A stretch of 64,000 bases of DNA from an uncultured Desulfobacterales bacterium (GTDB taxonomy: Bacteria > Desulfobacterota > Desulfobacteria > Desulfobacterales > B30-G6). The notes beneath the pieces are model-generated. The model was not told the origin of the DNA and ran no database searches. It saw nothing but the letters and a program-made list of their open reading frames with translations. The position numbers and the translations under genes were made by a program. Below, piece after piece: positions 55,763 through 64,000 of the stretch (position 1 is its first letter; every line of letters begins with the position of its first letter). Location: NCBI GenBank assembly GCA_964435695.1, contig CAYTAQ010000002.1, positions 5,187 through 69,186 on the forward strand, in the 5' to 3' direction.

Positions 55763-57115
55763 CTAATAGTTATATTTCCCCGTATACGTCTCCGGTGTCA
55801 GCGCTTTCAATTCATCTTTGGTCTCTTCTGAAATATCCAGCCCATCGATAAATTCGGCAAGGGTTTCCCGGGTAATCTTAGCATGGGTGCGCGTCAGCGC
55901 TTTCAACGCTTCATACGGCCTGGGATACCCTTCGCGCCGCAAGATGGTTTGGATCCCTTCGGTAACGACGGCCCAATTGCTGTCCAGATCCCGGCGGATG
56001 ATATCCTTGTTTATGATAAGCTTGCTCATTCCGCGCATCAGGCTTGTTAATCCGATCAACATGTGTCCTGCCGGGACACCGATATTTCGTGTGACAGTGG
56101 AATCGGTTAAATCCCGCTGAAGGCGTGATATGGGGAGTTTGGCCGATAAATGTTCGAAAATTGCATTGGCCACGCCGAAATTTCCTTCGGCGTTTTCAAA
56201 GTCAATGGGATTCACCTTGTGGGGCATGGTGGATGACCCTACTTCATGGGCGGCAATTTTTTGCTTGAAGTAATTGAGCGAGATATAGGTCCACATATCC
56301 CGGCTGAAATCGATGAGTATCGTGTTGATCCGTTTGAGGTTGTCTAGTATGGCGGCCAAATGGTCGTAATGATCGATCTGTGTTGTTACGGCAGACCGTT
56401 TCAATCCCAGTTGCCGGGATACGAATGTATCGGCGAAGGCAATCCAGTCGATATCCGGGTATGCTGAATAGTGGGCGTTGAAATTACCGGTGGCACCGCC
56501 GAACTTTCCGGCAAAAGGGATATGTTGAAGCAGGGTCAGTTGCCCGGACAGCCGATCGGCAAATACATAGATTTCTTTTCCCATGCTGGTGGGGGATGCG
56601 GGTTGACCATGGGTGCGGGCCAGCATGACCACATGCTTCCATTCTTGGGCCATGCCTTTCAGTTTAGCAAGGATCTGCCCGATGGCGGGTTTCAAAATCT
56701 GCTGCCAGGCGTCTTTCAAACTTAAGGGAATGGCTGTATTGTTTATATCCTGCGAGGTTAAGCCAAAATGAATAAACTCCTGAAAGGCATCGATTCCGAT
56801 TTCAGCGAATTTTTCTTTTAGAAAATATTCCACCGACTTGACATCATGGTTGGTAATGCCTTCGATGGCTTTGACCCCTTGGGCATCTTCATGGGAGAAG
56901 GTCTTATATAATGTGCGCAGATCACCATATTTGTTTGCTGGAAACGTTTTCATTTGCGGCAGGGGGATTTCGCATAAGGCGATGAAGTATTCGACCTCCA
57001 CCAGCAATCGATAACGGATGAGGGCTTTTTCAGAAAAGAAATCCGCCAGCGGTTCGGTAATTTTGCGATAGCGGCCGTCAATCGGAGAAATCGCCGTCAA
57101 TGGGCTTAATGGCAT
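55763..57115 (-). CDS. purB: adenylosuccinate lyase
   Basis: Fumarate-lyase signature SSTMPHKVNPIDFEN; 450 aa; SPIDGRY start pattern. Confidence 0.9.
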   Translation of the reverse strand: MPLSPLTAISPIDGRYRKITEPLADFFSEKALIRYRLLVEVEYFIALCEIPLPQMKTFPANKYGDLRTLYKTFSHEDAQGVKAIEGITNHDVKSVEYFLKEKFAEIGIDAFQEFIHFGLTSQDINNTAIPLSLKDAWQQILKPAIGQILAKLKGMAQEWKHVVMLARTHGQPASPTSMGKEIYVFADRLSGQLTLLQHIPFAGKFGGATGNFNAHYSAYPDIDWIAFADTFVSRQLGLKRSAVTTQIDHYDHLAAILDNLKRINTILIDFSRDMWTYISLNYFKQKIAAHEVGSSTMPHKVNPIDFENAEGNFGVANAIFEHLSAKLPISRLQRDLTDSTVTRNIGVPAGHMLIGLTSLMRGMSKLIINKDIIRRDLDSNWAVVTEGIQTILRREGYPRPYEALKALTRTHAKITRETLAEFIDGLDISEETKDELKALTPETYTGKYNY

Positions 57116-57298
57116 GAGATACTCCTATCGGGATGCCAGGGGTGCTCCCGATTGTTTTTCAAATGGTTTCTAGACAACTTTTGTTTGGGTGATAGTTCCG
57201 AAAAACTATATGAAACACAGTGATATTTGTCAATGTCCAACCGATAAGTACATGTATTCATATAAACTATAACGTAATCAGTGATGTGTAATGCGTAT

Positions 57299-58675
57299 CT
57301 ATTTCCTGAGCTTCCCCCTGAAAAAGGAGAAGAAGACACCTACCACGCAGAGGCCGGCGGAGATTGTAAAACAGACCTTTACTCCGTGTAAAAAGAGGTC
57401 ATAATTGGCGGGTGTTATTTCTTCACGTCCGATAAAGATTGAAAAAGTGACCATGGCTATGGCCATGCTGGTCATTTGACCCAGCAGACGCATGGTGGCC
57501 ACCGAGCCGGATGCAATGCCGAAAAACCGTTTTTCAACGGATCCCATTATGGCGCTCATGTTGGGAGATGAAAACATGGCAAAGCCGAAACCGAGCATCA
57601 CCAGTATACCGATAATATAAAAAATATTTGTATCGTTGTTGATGAAAAGAAAAAGAAACAAACCCAAAGCGGTAACCGTCATCCCCGTGGATGCAATTTT
57701 CCGGGGTTCAATTCGATCGGACAAACGGCCGGCCAACGGTGAAAATACCGCCATCACTATCGGCTGGGCAACAAGAACCGTTCCGGCAATCTGAGGGGGC
57801 ATGCCTTTAATATACTGCAAATAGAGGCTCAACAAAAATGCAACAGCGAACGTTGCAGAATAATTGATCAGCGCTGCCAGGCTGGAAAAGGTGAATAACT
57901 TGTTTTCACTGAACAATCTGACTTCAAACACAGGAAATTGGATCCGAAGCTCCTGCCATATAAAAATCCCCAGACAAAGCATACCTGCAATAATCAGATA
58001 GGCCGCTTTGATGTCCGGCAGAATCGAGGCGCCATATACCAGTGACAGAATGGAAATTCCATATAAAACACTGCCGACGACATCGAGTTTTTCACCCCGG
58101 GCATCCGCCCATTCCCCCTTTAGATATTTCAATGTGATATAAAGCGATGCAATACCGAAGGGCGCTACAAGAAAAAACAGACTGCGCCATCCAATATGCT
58201 GGGTGAGAATTCCGCCGGCAAAAGGTCCTACGGACAGGCCGATATAGACTGCGGAAACATAAATTCCGATCGCGCGACCTCTTTTTTGTGGTGGAAAGAT
58301 AGAGGTTAATATGGCCATGCCCGTGGTTGTAAACATGGCGGAAGCCGACCCCTGAATCACACGAAAAAAAATCAGCATGCCCACAGACCCTGAAAAACCT
58401 GCAAAAACAGAAGATGCGGTAAACAGGACGAGCCCCCATGCAAAAATGCGTTTGCGCCCGTGGATATCGGCTATTTTGCCAACCGGTACCAGCATGACGG
58501 CGCTTGCCAATAAAAGCGACGTGGCAATCCAGCTGAGCTGAATGGCATCCGCATTAAATTCTTTCTGGATGGCCGGCAACGCCACATTCACCGATGATAT
58601 GATAAACGGTCCCATAAAAGAGGTCAGCGTTGCTACGAACAATGCGGCTTTTTCCTGTGCCTGATTTTCAGACAA
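57299..58675 (-). CDS. MFS transporter, 14-TM drug:H+ antiporter (DHA2/EmrB-like)
   Basis: GKIADIHGRKRIF motif; 458 aa and highly hydrophobic. Confidence 0.75.
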   Translation of the reverse strand: MSENQAQEKAALFVATLTSFMGPFIISSVNVALPAIQKEFNADAIQLSWIATSLLLASAVMLVPVGKIADIHGRKRIFAWGLVLFTASSVFAGFSGSVGMLIFFRVIQGSASAMFTTTGMAILTSIFPPQKRGRAIGIYVSAVYIGLSVGPFAGGILTQHIGWRSLFFLVAPFGIASLYITLKYLKGEWADARGEKLDVVGSVLYGISILSLVYGASILPDIKAAYLIIAGMLCLGIFIWQELRIQFPVFEVRLFSENKLFTFSSLAALINYSATFAVAFLLSLYLQYIKGMPPQIAGTVLVAQPIVMAVFSPLAGRLSDRIEPRKIASTGMTVTALGLFLFLFINNDTNIFYIIGILVMLGFGFAMFSSPNMSAIMGSVEKRFFGIASGSVATMRLLGQMTSMAIAMVTFSIFIGREEITPANYDLFLHGVKVCFTISAGLCVVGVFFSFFRGKLRK

Positions 58676-59092
58676 ATGCTTTCTCCTTGAATCGATATAA
58701 TAACTAAATTGGGCTCACTTTAGTTAAAAAATCATGGCAGAGACCCATATCACATTTTATGTTATTGGACAAATCCCTTGCACATCTTCTGGTAATGTGC
58801 TTTAATGATCCAGGTGTCAAGCCGATTATGTGTTGCTGTAATAGCACATGGTGTTATTGTCTTGTTTCAGGGAATGGCTAAAAACATTTCCCTCGTGCTA
58901 CCTGTTTTGGCCGGGTTTGGGCTGGATGTGTTTTCTAAGGCTCAAATCCATACGTGGCCCCCTCCATCCTGCAGGCAATGGCGTCTTGCATCATGCGGTG
59001 AGAATAAAGGATTATATCCTCGGGAAATTTATCTCCGTTGACGTTTCGGTAAAGGGATGGGTAATAATTTTGTATAGAAAGTTTGAAGACCC

Positions 59093-59398
59093 ATGAAAAA
59101 AATGAAACGGCTGCAAAAAATGTTGGGCATCGGTGCGGTGGTATTTGTCGTTGTTTATTTAGGAGCTGTCGTTATCACCGTACAATCCAGCATTGACAGC
59201 AAAGAAGGACCGGCAATCATTGAGGGAGCGCGAACGATTGAAAAAGAAAGGCACTTGTTGTTACCTGAACTTTTGTTGCCCATGGGGATTCTCCTGGTGC
59301 TTGCGGCAAGCTATTTGATCGTTAAACGCCGAAATGAAAAGATATATGACAACCTTGATAATGATATTGATGAAACGACACCCAGTTCCCGACCCTAA
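59093..59398 (+). CDS. small two-TM hypothetical protein
   Basis: A 101-aa ORF with two hydrophobic segments. No motif recognised. Confidence 0.4.
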   Translation: MKKMKRLQKMLGIGAVVFVVVYLGAVVITVQSSIDSKEGPAIIEGARTIEKERHLLLPELLLPMGILLVLAASYLIVKRRNEKIYDNLDNDIDETTPSSRP

Positions 59399-59516
59399 AC
59401 GGGCGGTTAATACGATTGGCGCTGAAGCGTCACTTCATGTTTGTTTTAGACTCAATTTTCATAAAATATTCGAGCCAAACAGACAGCGGATATGAATATA
59501 GACAAGGAGGAACAGA

Positions 59517-59864
59517 ATGATACAGAAATACCTTATCCAACGGAATCATACGTCCGGAGATTTTACCATAGAAGAACGGGCGGTCATCGATCCGATACCA
59601 AGAGGCAGTACAATCAATCAGCTCAACGACAATAATTATTCATTGATTTACATGAAGACATACAGCAGCAATAAAATAGAAAATGCTGTTAAAAAAGGTA
59701 GATATGACTTGAAGGACGCCATCCGGAATTCATTCTTCTTTCCGGTTGAAGCGCACTGCGACGCCATCGGGGATTCGATTATTCATATTCTGAAAAGTGG
59801 CGAAGCAACGGCCGAGCTTTTCTTTAACTCCTGTGAAGCGCCTGAGGCTGACGGCGCTGCGTGA
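59517..59864 (+). CDS. hypothetical protein
   Basis: A 115-aa ORF with a strong AAGGAGG RBS. Confidence 0.5.
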   Translation: MIQKYLIQRNHTSGDFTIEERAVIDPIPRGSTINQLNDNNYSLIYMKTYSSNKIENAVKKGRYDLKDAIRNSFFFPVEAHCDAIGDSIIHILKSGEATAELFFNSCEAPEADGAA

Positions 59865-59911
59865 CAGCCGGAATGTGAATGTGATCATCATTATGCCAGG
59901 AGTCGCCGCCC

Positions 59912-60565
59912 ATGTTCCCGGATTTTGAAATATCTAAGGCCTATCGTGACACGTATCCGGATGTCGGCTTCGGCCTTGCCTTGATCGCCGAATGCCGCGA
60001 CGCATTAGATCCGGCAGAATTTATTGCGTTCAAACGGAAACGGTTGCGCAAAATGCGAAAGCGGGAAACCCTTTCCCAGATTACGGAACGGATTGATACC
60101 TATGCCGCTTTTTTTCACAGCTTCGGGTATGAATGCCCGCTGGTCAAACACCTGAAAAGAACCGTCCACAGCGGATTTCCAAAATATTCACTTTTTGTGG
60201 ACGCTCATTTTATGGCGGAGATGTGTGCCGGCATTCTGGTGGCCGTCACGGATTTAACCCGTTTTGAGGGAAAGCTGATGTTGGATACGGCAACGGAAGG
60301 GGAAGTTTGCGCCGGTATGGGCGGGCGTGAGTTTATTGTGAAAAAAGATGAAATTGTGCTTCGTGATGAGAAAGATATCGTGTGTGTGCTTTGTCAGGGT
60401 GCAGACGAAAAAACACGGGTATCGGAAAACACAGACCATGTTTTGTTCTACGCCTATGCGGTCCCGGGCATCGAACGCCGATATCTCGAGGAAGGGCTCA
60501 CCATTGCCGCTGAAACCGTAAAGGAATTCGGCGGGGGTAAGATCGAGGGTATTGAGATTTATTAA
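59912..60565 (+). CDS. B3/B4 tRNA-binding-domain-like protein (tentative)
   Basis: The size (217 aa) and pattern are recalled from PheT B3/4-related stand-alone proteins. This cannot be verified without a profile search. Confidence 0.4.
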   Translation: MFPDFEISKAYRDTYPDVGFGLALIAECRDALDPAEFIAFKRKRLRKMRKRETLSQITERIDTYAAFFHSFGYECPLVKHLKRTVHSGFPKYSLFVDAHFMAEMCAGILVAVTDLTRFEGKLMLDTATEGEVCAGMGGREFIVKKDEIVLRDEKDIVCVLCQGADEKTRVSENTDHVLFYAYAVPGIERRYLEEGLTIAAETVKEFGGGKIEGIEIY

Positions 60566-60591
60566 TATATAGAAACCTTTTTCAAAGGTTT

Positions 60592-61020
60592 CTACCGGAC
60601 CGACATGATCCGCGAGAAACGCATCATGCTTGGAAAGTGAGGTATCATGCCTTTCACCTTCAACCGACCGGTTTTAATGGCGTCAAATATCTCTTTGCCG
60701 GTGTCGTCAAAGTAATATGGAAGCCCCCACTTAATGGTCTGGTTGGAAAGAGCCATAATGATCTCGGCGTCGGCTTCAACGAGAATCTGAACGCGATCCT
60801 GGATGCCGGGGTACAACGTGAGGACGCCCTTGTTGAAGCCCAGAGTCATGCGGATATCCGCATCATGGATAATGAGCCCGATCTGAATCCTGAGTTTGAT
60901 AAAATCCAAAAGCTTCTTCGGCTTTTGATCCAGATTCTGCCCGATAAGGTCCTTCAGCATAACAGGCAGACCCAGCGCTTCAGCGCCTTCCGCCAATTCA
61001 ATGGTATAGGGTTTGGTCAT
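60592..61020 (-). CDS. SCP2 (sterol-carrier-like) domain protein
   Basis: 142 aa with a C-terminal ..GRLKVKGM...... pattern typical of SCP2. Confidence 0.5.
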   Translation of the reverse strand: MTKPYTIELAEGAEALGLPVMLKDLIGQNLDQKPKKLLDFIKLRIQIGLIIHDADIRMTLGFNKGVLTLYPGIQDRVQILVEADAEIIMALSNQTIKWGLPYYFDDTGKEIFDAIKTGRLKVKGMIPHFPSMMRFSRIMSVR

Positions 61021-61071
61021 GATGAATAATTCAAATTTCTGACTGCGAATAAATGAACCCGTAAAGTTGAA

Positions 61072-62232
61072 CTAATAAGCAGCTTGATATATCTTCAGCA
61101 CCTCTTCCGGGTCGAATATCATTTTGGGATTGTAAATAATCGAACCGTCGCTGATACTCAACTCAGCACATTCTTTCAGTTTTGATTCATCCATATGGAT
61201 TGCCTTCAGCTGCTTAGGAATTCCAATGGCGTGAATCAGATCCTTGACTTTTTCAATCGCTGCTTTTCCGGCATCCATGGGTTTCATCCCTTGAACATCA
61301 ACACCTAAAGCCTTGGCGATGTCTGATGTTAATTCCGGGATTTCATCTAAATTGAATGCCATGACATATGGCAGCAGGATGCCGTTTGCCAGGCCATGCG
61401 GTATCCTGCATACCGCCCCTAATGAATGGGCCATGGCATGTACGAGCCCGACCATGGCGTTGGAAAAAGCCCATCCGGCCAGAAGGGCGGCAATTTGCAT
61501 CTGACCCCTTGCGACAAGGTCTGATCCGTTGGTTACTGTAATTGGCAAGTATTTTGCAACCAATCGTATGGCATGCAGGGCTGCCGAGTCTGAGATGGGG
61601 TTTCGCTGCTGCGCGGTATAGCTTTCAACGGCATGAGTCAGGGCATCCATGCCGGTGGATGCGGTTAAGCCTGGCGGGAGCTTTTCCGTCATTTTAGGGT
61701 CTAAAATGGCAACTTTAGGGATGTTGAAATATTCGAAGTTAATTATTTTCTGTCCTTGCTCCCGATCCAGCAGCACGGATCCAGCGGTTACTTCAGACCC
61801 CGTCCCCGCGGTCGTTGGAATCACGATATGCGGTGTCTGGGGCCGTGTCAGCAGCTGCATGCCCTGATAGTCTCTCATGCCGCCGCCTTCTTTCATGACA
61901 ATGCACATGCCCTTGGCGGTGTCGATAACACTGCCGCCACCCAGGCTGACGACAACATCCGCTCCTTTGGCAAGGGCCAGTTCAGCACCCCTGTCCACAA
62001 CCTCCATACCGCTGTCTTGGGGAATGTCGGCATATACCCCGGCCAATAGAGTGCCCATGATATTTTTTGCCGTTTCCGCCAGTCCGGCAGCCTCAACCCC
62101 CGGATCGGTCACCAGAAGGGCTTTTTTCCCCAACGCATTGATTTCCATGGGGAGCTCATTGAGGGAGTTGATTCCAAAGATGACTTTGGTGGGTGAAAAG
62201 TAATTGAAGCTCAATTCAGCATCGTAAGCCAT
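61072..62232 (-). CDS. iron-containing (group III) alcohol dehydrogenase
   Basis: GGGSVIDTAK and metal-binding His motifs (..DALTHAVE.., ..HAMAHSLG..). AAAAGGAG RBS. Confidence 0.85.
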   Translation of the reverse strand: MAYDAELSFNYFSPTKVIFGINSLNELPMEINALGKKALLVTDPGVEAAGLAETAKNIMGTLLAGVYADIPQDSGMEVVDRGAELALAKGADVVVSLGGGSVIDTAKGMCIVMKEGGGMRDYQGMQLLTRPQTPHIVIPTTAGTGSEVTAGSVLLDREQGQKIINFEYFNIPKVAILDPKMTEKLPPGLTASTGMDALTHAVESYTAQQRNPISDSAALHAIRLVAKYLPITVTNGSDLVARGQMQIAALLAGWAFSNAMVGLVHAMAHSLGAVCRIPHGLANGILLPYVMAFNLDEIPELTSDIAKALGVDVQGMKPMDAGKAAIEKVKDLIHAIGIPKQLKAIHMDESKLKECAELSISDGSIIYNPKMIFDPEEVLKIYQAAY

Positions 62233-62246
62233 GGTGGTTACTCCTT

Positions 62247-62283
62247 TTACGAGTTACGGGTTGCGAGTTACGGATAAACGGGC
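62247..62283. repeat. short tandem heptad array of the GGGTTAC family
   Basis: ttTTAC GAGTTAC GGGTTGC GAGTTAC GGATAAAC GGG lies between the SCP2 stop and the ADH RBS. Confidence 0.75.
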
Positions 62284-62298
62284 CCACGGGCAAACGGC

Positions 62299-62724
62299 TT
62301 ATGCGTCATCCGGAAATTTTGAATCAACTTCGGTCAAACAACGAATCGCTTCCTGGACGCCTTTGATATATTTGACCACGTACGGCAGGTTTCCTTTCAG
62401 CTTCAGCTTTCCCTGCATCATGGCTTTGATGGCATCCAGCTCCTTTTGGGCCACCTGCTTCCAGCGGACATAGTCACCATAGATAATGTACTTGGAATTT
62501 TCGGCGGTTTCTTTATCCACCATCCGGATGGAATTGACCACCCCGTCTTCAAAATCGAGATAAAGGTACTGATTTTCATGAATGTTGGCAGCCGGATCTT
62601 TATACATGACGCATCCGATGTCACCCTGCCAGCCCTTGTTGAAAACGGCAAAATCTTTGCTGTCGCTCACTTTCTGTTCCCATGCCGCACACCATTCATC
62701 GCTGAACACATCCAGTTTCGCCAT
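62299..62724 (-). CDS. SCP2 domain protein
   Basis: 141 aa with ..MMQGKLKLKGNL.... motif; AAGGAGG RBS. Confidence 0.55.
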   Translation of the reverse strand: MAKLDVFSDEWCAAWEQKVSDSKDFAVFNKGWQGDIGCVMYKDPAANIHENQYLYLDFEDGVVNSIRMVDKETAENSKYIIYGDYVRWKQVAQKELDAIKAMMQGKLKLKGNLPYVVKYIKGVQEAIRCLTEVDSKFPDDA

Positions 62725-62772
62725 TCGCTGGTACCTCCTTATTATCAGTTAAGCGTACTAAAAATAAAATCA

Positions 62773-62852
62773 ATCACGAAAACACGAAATATGAAAAACA
62801 CGAAATCCTTCTATTTCTTTTTCGTGTTTTCATCCTTTCGTGCTTTCGTGAT
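62773..62852. repeat. full copy of the ATCACGAAA inverted-repeat element
   Basis: ATCACGAAAACACGAAATATGAAAAACACGAAAT-ccttctatttcttt-TTCGTGTTTTCATCCTTTCGTGCTTTCGTGAT has three CACGAAA units per arm. Confidence 0.85.
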
Positions 62853-62868
62853 AAAAAGGTCTTTCACT

Positions 62869-62883
62869 CGAACCCTGGAATCC
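62869..62883. repeat. GGATTCCAGGGTTCG motif (reverse orientation)
   Basis: CGAACCCTGGAATCC directly abuts the AOR stop codon. Its complement matches 46990..47019. Confidence 0.55.
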
Positions 62884-64000
62884 TTAATTTATATCCTTCA
62901 GTTCGGGTATTAGAAACCCAAGTCCCAATTTCTCAAGAACCGTCGACTCAGGCCGCCCGTTCTCATCCAGGCCCCTGACCGCATCATATTCCTTTTTCAG
63001 GATTGTTTCATCCGGGACACTTCCTGCCGCACCGCCTTCCGTCAATGGTGTGAGAATACGTTTTGGGAGGCGATCGTCCGCGCGGGTGATACCCATCATG
63101 TTGTTGACGGCCCGTTTTAATACCCAGGTACGCTCACCGGTCTGCAGGAAGGACTGCATATCGAGATCGAATCCGGTAACGGCGTTCAGCCCTTTGATCA
63201 AGGGGGACATCCCCATAGCCCAGTGAACAAAGTGGCAGATGCAGGCGGCATTCACCACTTGACCGATGTTTTCGGATATGCACACCATTTTGCCCTTGCC
63301 TTGACTTTCAGTTGCCGGGTAGTCGTCTTCCAGACCGGCTTCCGGCCAGCAGACCATTCCCTGCTCCACTGCTTGAACCGAATGCTGGAGATGGCATGCA
63401 CCCCGGTTGGCGTTCATATAGGCGAGCCCCAGGCCGTGAAATGCCCTGGGGTCATGCATGGGCAGCTCCAGCCGTTTAACCGTGACAAGAAAATCCATAG
63501 CCGGTTTTCCAATGGATTCGGCCAGGGACTGGCTTCCCTCAGCCGCACGGCTTCCAAATCCTTTACGGTAAGCAATTTTGTCGACAAGGCTAATAACGGA
63601 AGTGATGTTTCCCCAGGTTATATCCAGACCGTCCAGATCATCCCGGGTGAGAAGATTTTTCTCATACGCTTCCATGACAAAGGCGATGGTGGCGCCGCAC
63701 GAAATGGTATCGATTCCCAGCCGGTTACACTGGTCGTTGATATGGGCTAAGGCATACAGGTCGCTATTCATGATCATGCTGCCGAAGCTCGCGCATGTTT
63801 CATACTCCGGCCCGGGAACTTTATCGAGTTGATATAAAGGTGTATCAACGGATACAATGGGTTTGCAGCCGATGGGGCATGCATAACAGGATTTTCTGCC
63901 TTGCAGAATTTTTTCGCTGATGGCCGGTCCGCCGATGGCATCCGCCAGATCATAATCCACACCCATGGACCAGTTTTTAATAGGTACATCACCCGTCATC
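62884..64000 (-). CDS. aldehyde:ferredoxin oxidoreductase (AOR) family, C-terminal two-thirds (gene continues past the right edge)
   Basis: C-x2-C-x3-C cluster motif (CYACPIGC) and the AOR domain 2/3 pattern. The ORF is open to the window end. Confidence 0.8.
   Translation of the reverse strand, partial: MTGDVPIKNWSMGVDYDLADAIGGPAISEKILQGRKSCYACPIGCKPIVSVDTPLYQLDKVPGPEYETCASFGSMIMNSDLYALAHINDQCNRLGIDTISCGATIAFVMEAYEKNLLTRDDLDGLDITWGNITSVISLVDKIAYRKGFGSRAAEGSQSLAESIGKPAMDFLVTVKRLELPMHDPRAFHGLGLAYMNANRGACHLQHSVQAVEQGMVCWPEAGLEDDYPATESQGKGKMVCISENIGQVVNAACICHFVHWAMGMSPLIKGLNAVTGFDLDMQSFLQTGERTWVLKRAVNNMMGITRADDRLPKRILTPLTEGGAAGSVPDETILKKEYDAVRGLDENGRPESTVLEKLGLGFLIPELKDIN

Noticed and set aside
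58676-59092. The 417-bp gap with track ORFs 58805..59041 and 58848..59096, and a minus-strand reading ..NGDKFPEDIILYSHRMMQDAIACRMEGATYGFEP*
   Set aside because: There is no RBS, no recognisable motif, no plausible start for the minus-strand reading, and the ORFs overlap each other. Most likely this is a non-coding divergent promoter region, though a degraded gene fragment cannot be excluded.
2272-62852. The short repeats as a CRISPR array or remnants of one
   Set aside because: The copies are dispersed tens of kb apart. They are not arranged as regular repeat-spacer units, are internally palindromic or heptadic, and no cas genes are present.

Overview
The window is a densely coded 64-kb chromosomal segment with about 57 protein genes. 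I found no rRNA, tRNA, CRISPR array, transposase, integrase or phage genes. Gene content suggests an anaerobic, Desulfobacterales-like deltaproteobacterium; this is an inference from CooC, an ASKHA/RACo-like protein, tungsten-type aldehyde:ferredoxin oxidoreductase, many Usp proteins, sigma54 regulation and many AMP-forming acyl-CoA ligases, with no database check possible.

Main blocks:
- 1-10.1 kb: acyl-CoA dehydrogenase fragment, CooC-like ATPase, AcuC/AcuB-like deacetylase plus CBS pair, PrmA-like methyltransferase, MBL hydrolase, ASKHA protein, and two divergent acyl-CoA ligases.
- 10.2-18.6 kb, minus strand: a histidine kinase and sigma54 activator pair followed by a six-gene Usp/TauE/CheY operon of unknown role.
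- 18.8-24.3 kb: a heterodimeric ABC exporter plus an unknown 597-aa protein.
- 24.6-43 kb: housekeeping and envelope genes (AmpG, GTP-PEPCK, RdgB, M23 peptidase, PIG-L, threonine aldolase, PAP2, GDSL lipase and others).
- 43.4-55.7 kb, plus strand: a TetR-associated acyl-CoA carboxylase catabolic cluster with two carboxyltransferase paralogues, BCCP, biotin carboxylase, hydratase, NMO/FabK-like protein, ligase and porin.
- 55.8-64 kb: purB, an MFS transporter, small unknown genes, and an AOR / SCP2 / Fe-ADH / SCP2 module.

Four things are least ordinary:
1. The sigma54-controlled Usp/TauE operon has a -24/-12-like element and two GTTTC-N5-GAAAC palindromes.
2. A 1-nt frame break fuses the kinase ORF to the activator ORF.
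3. The carboxylase cluster is Atu/Liu-like but has two carboxyltransferases.
4. Several families of short, heptad-built intergenic repeats occur, some as inverted arrays. They create false N-terminal extensions in the ORF track.

I found no convincing defence system or mobile island. The 'novel system' candidates below are hypotheses only.
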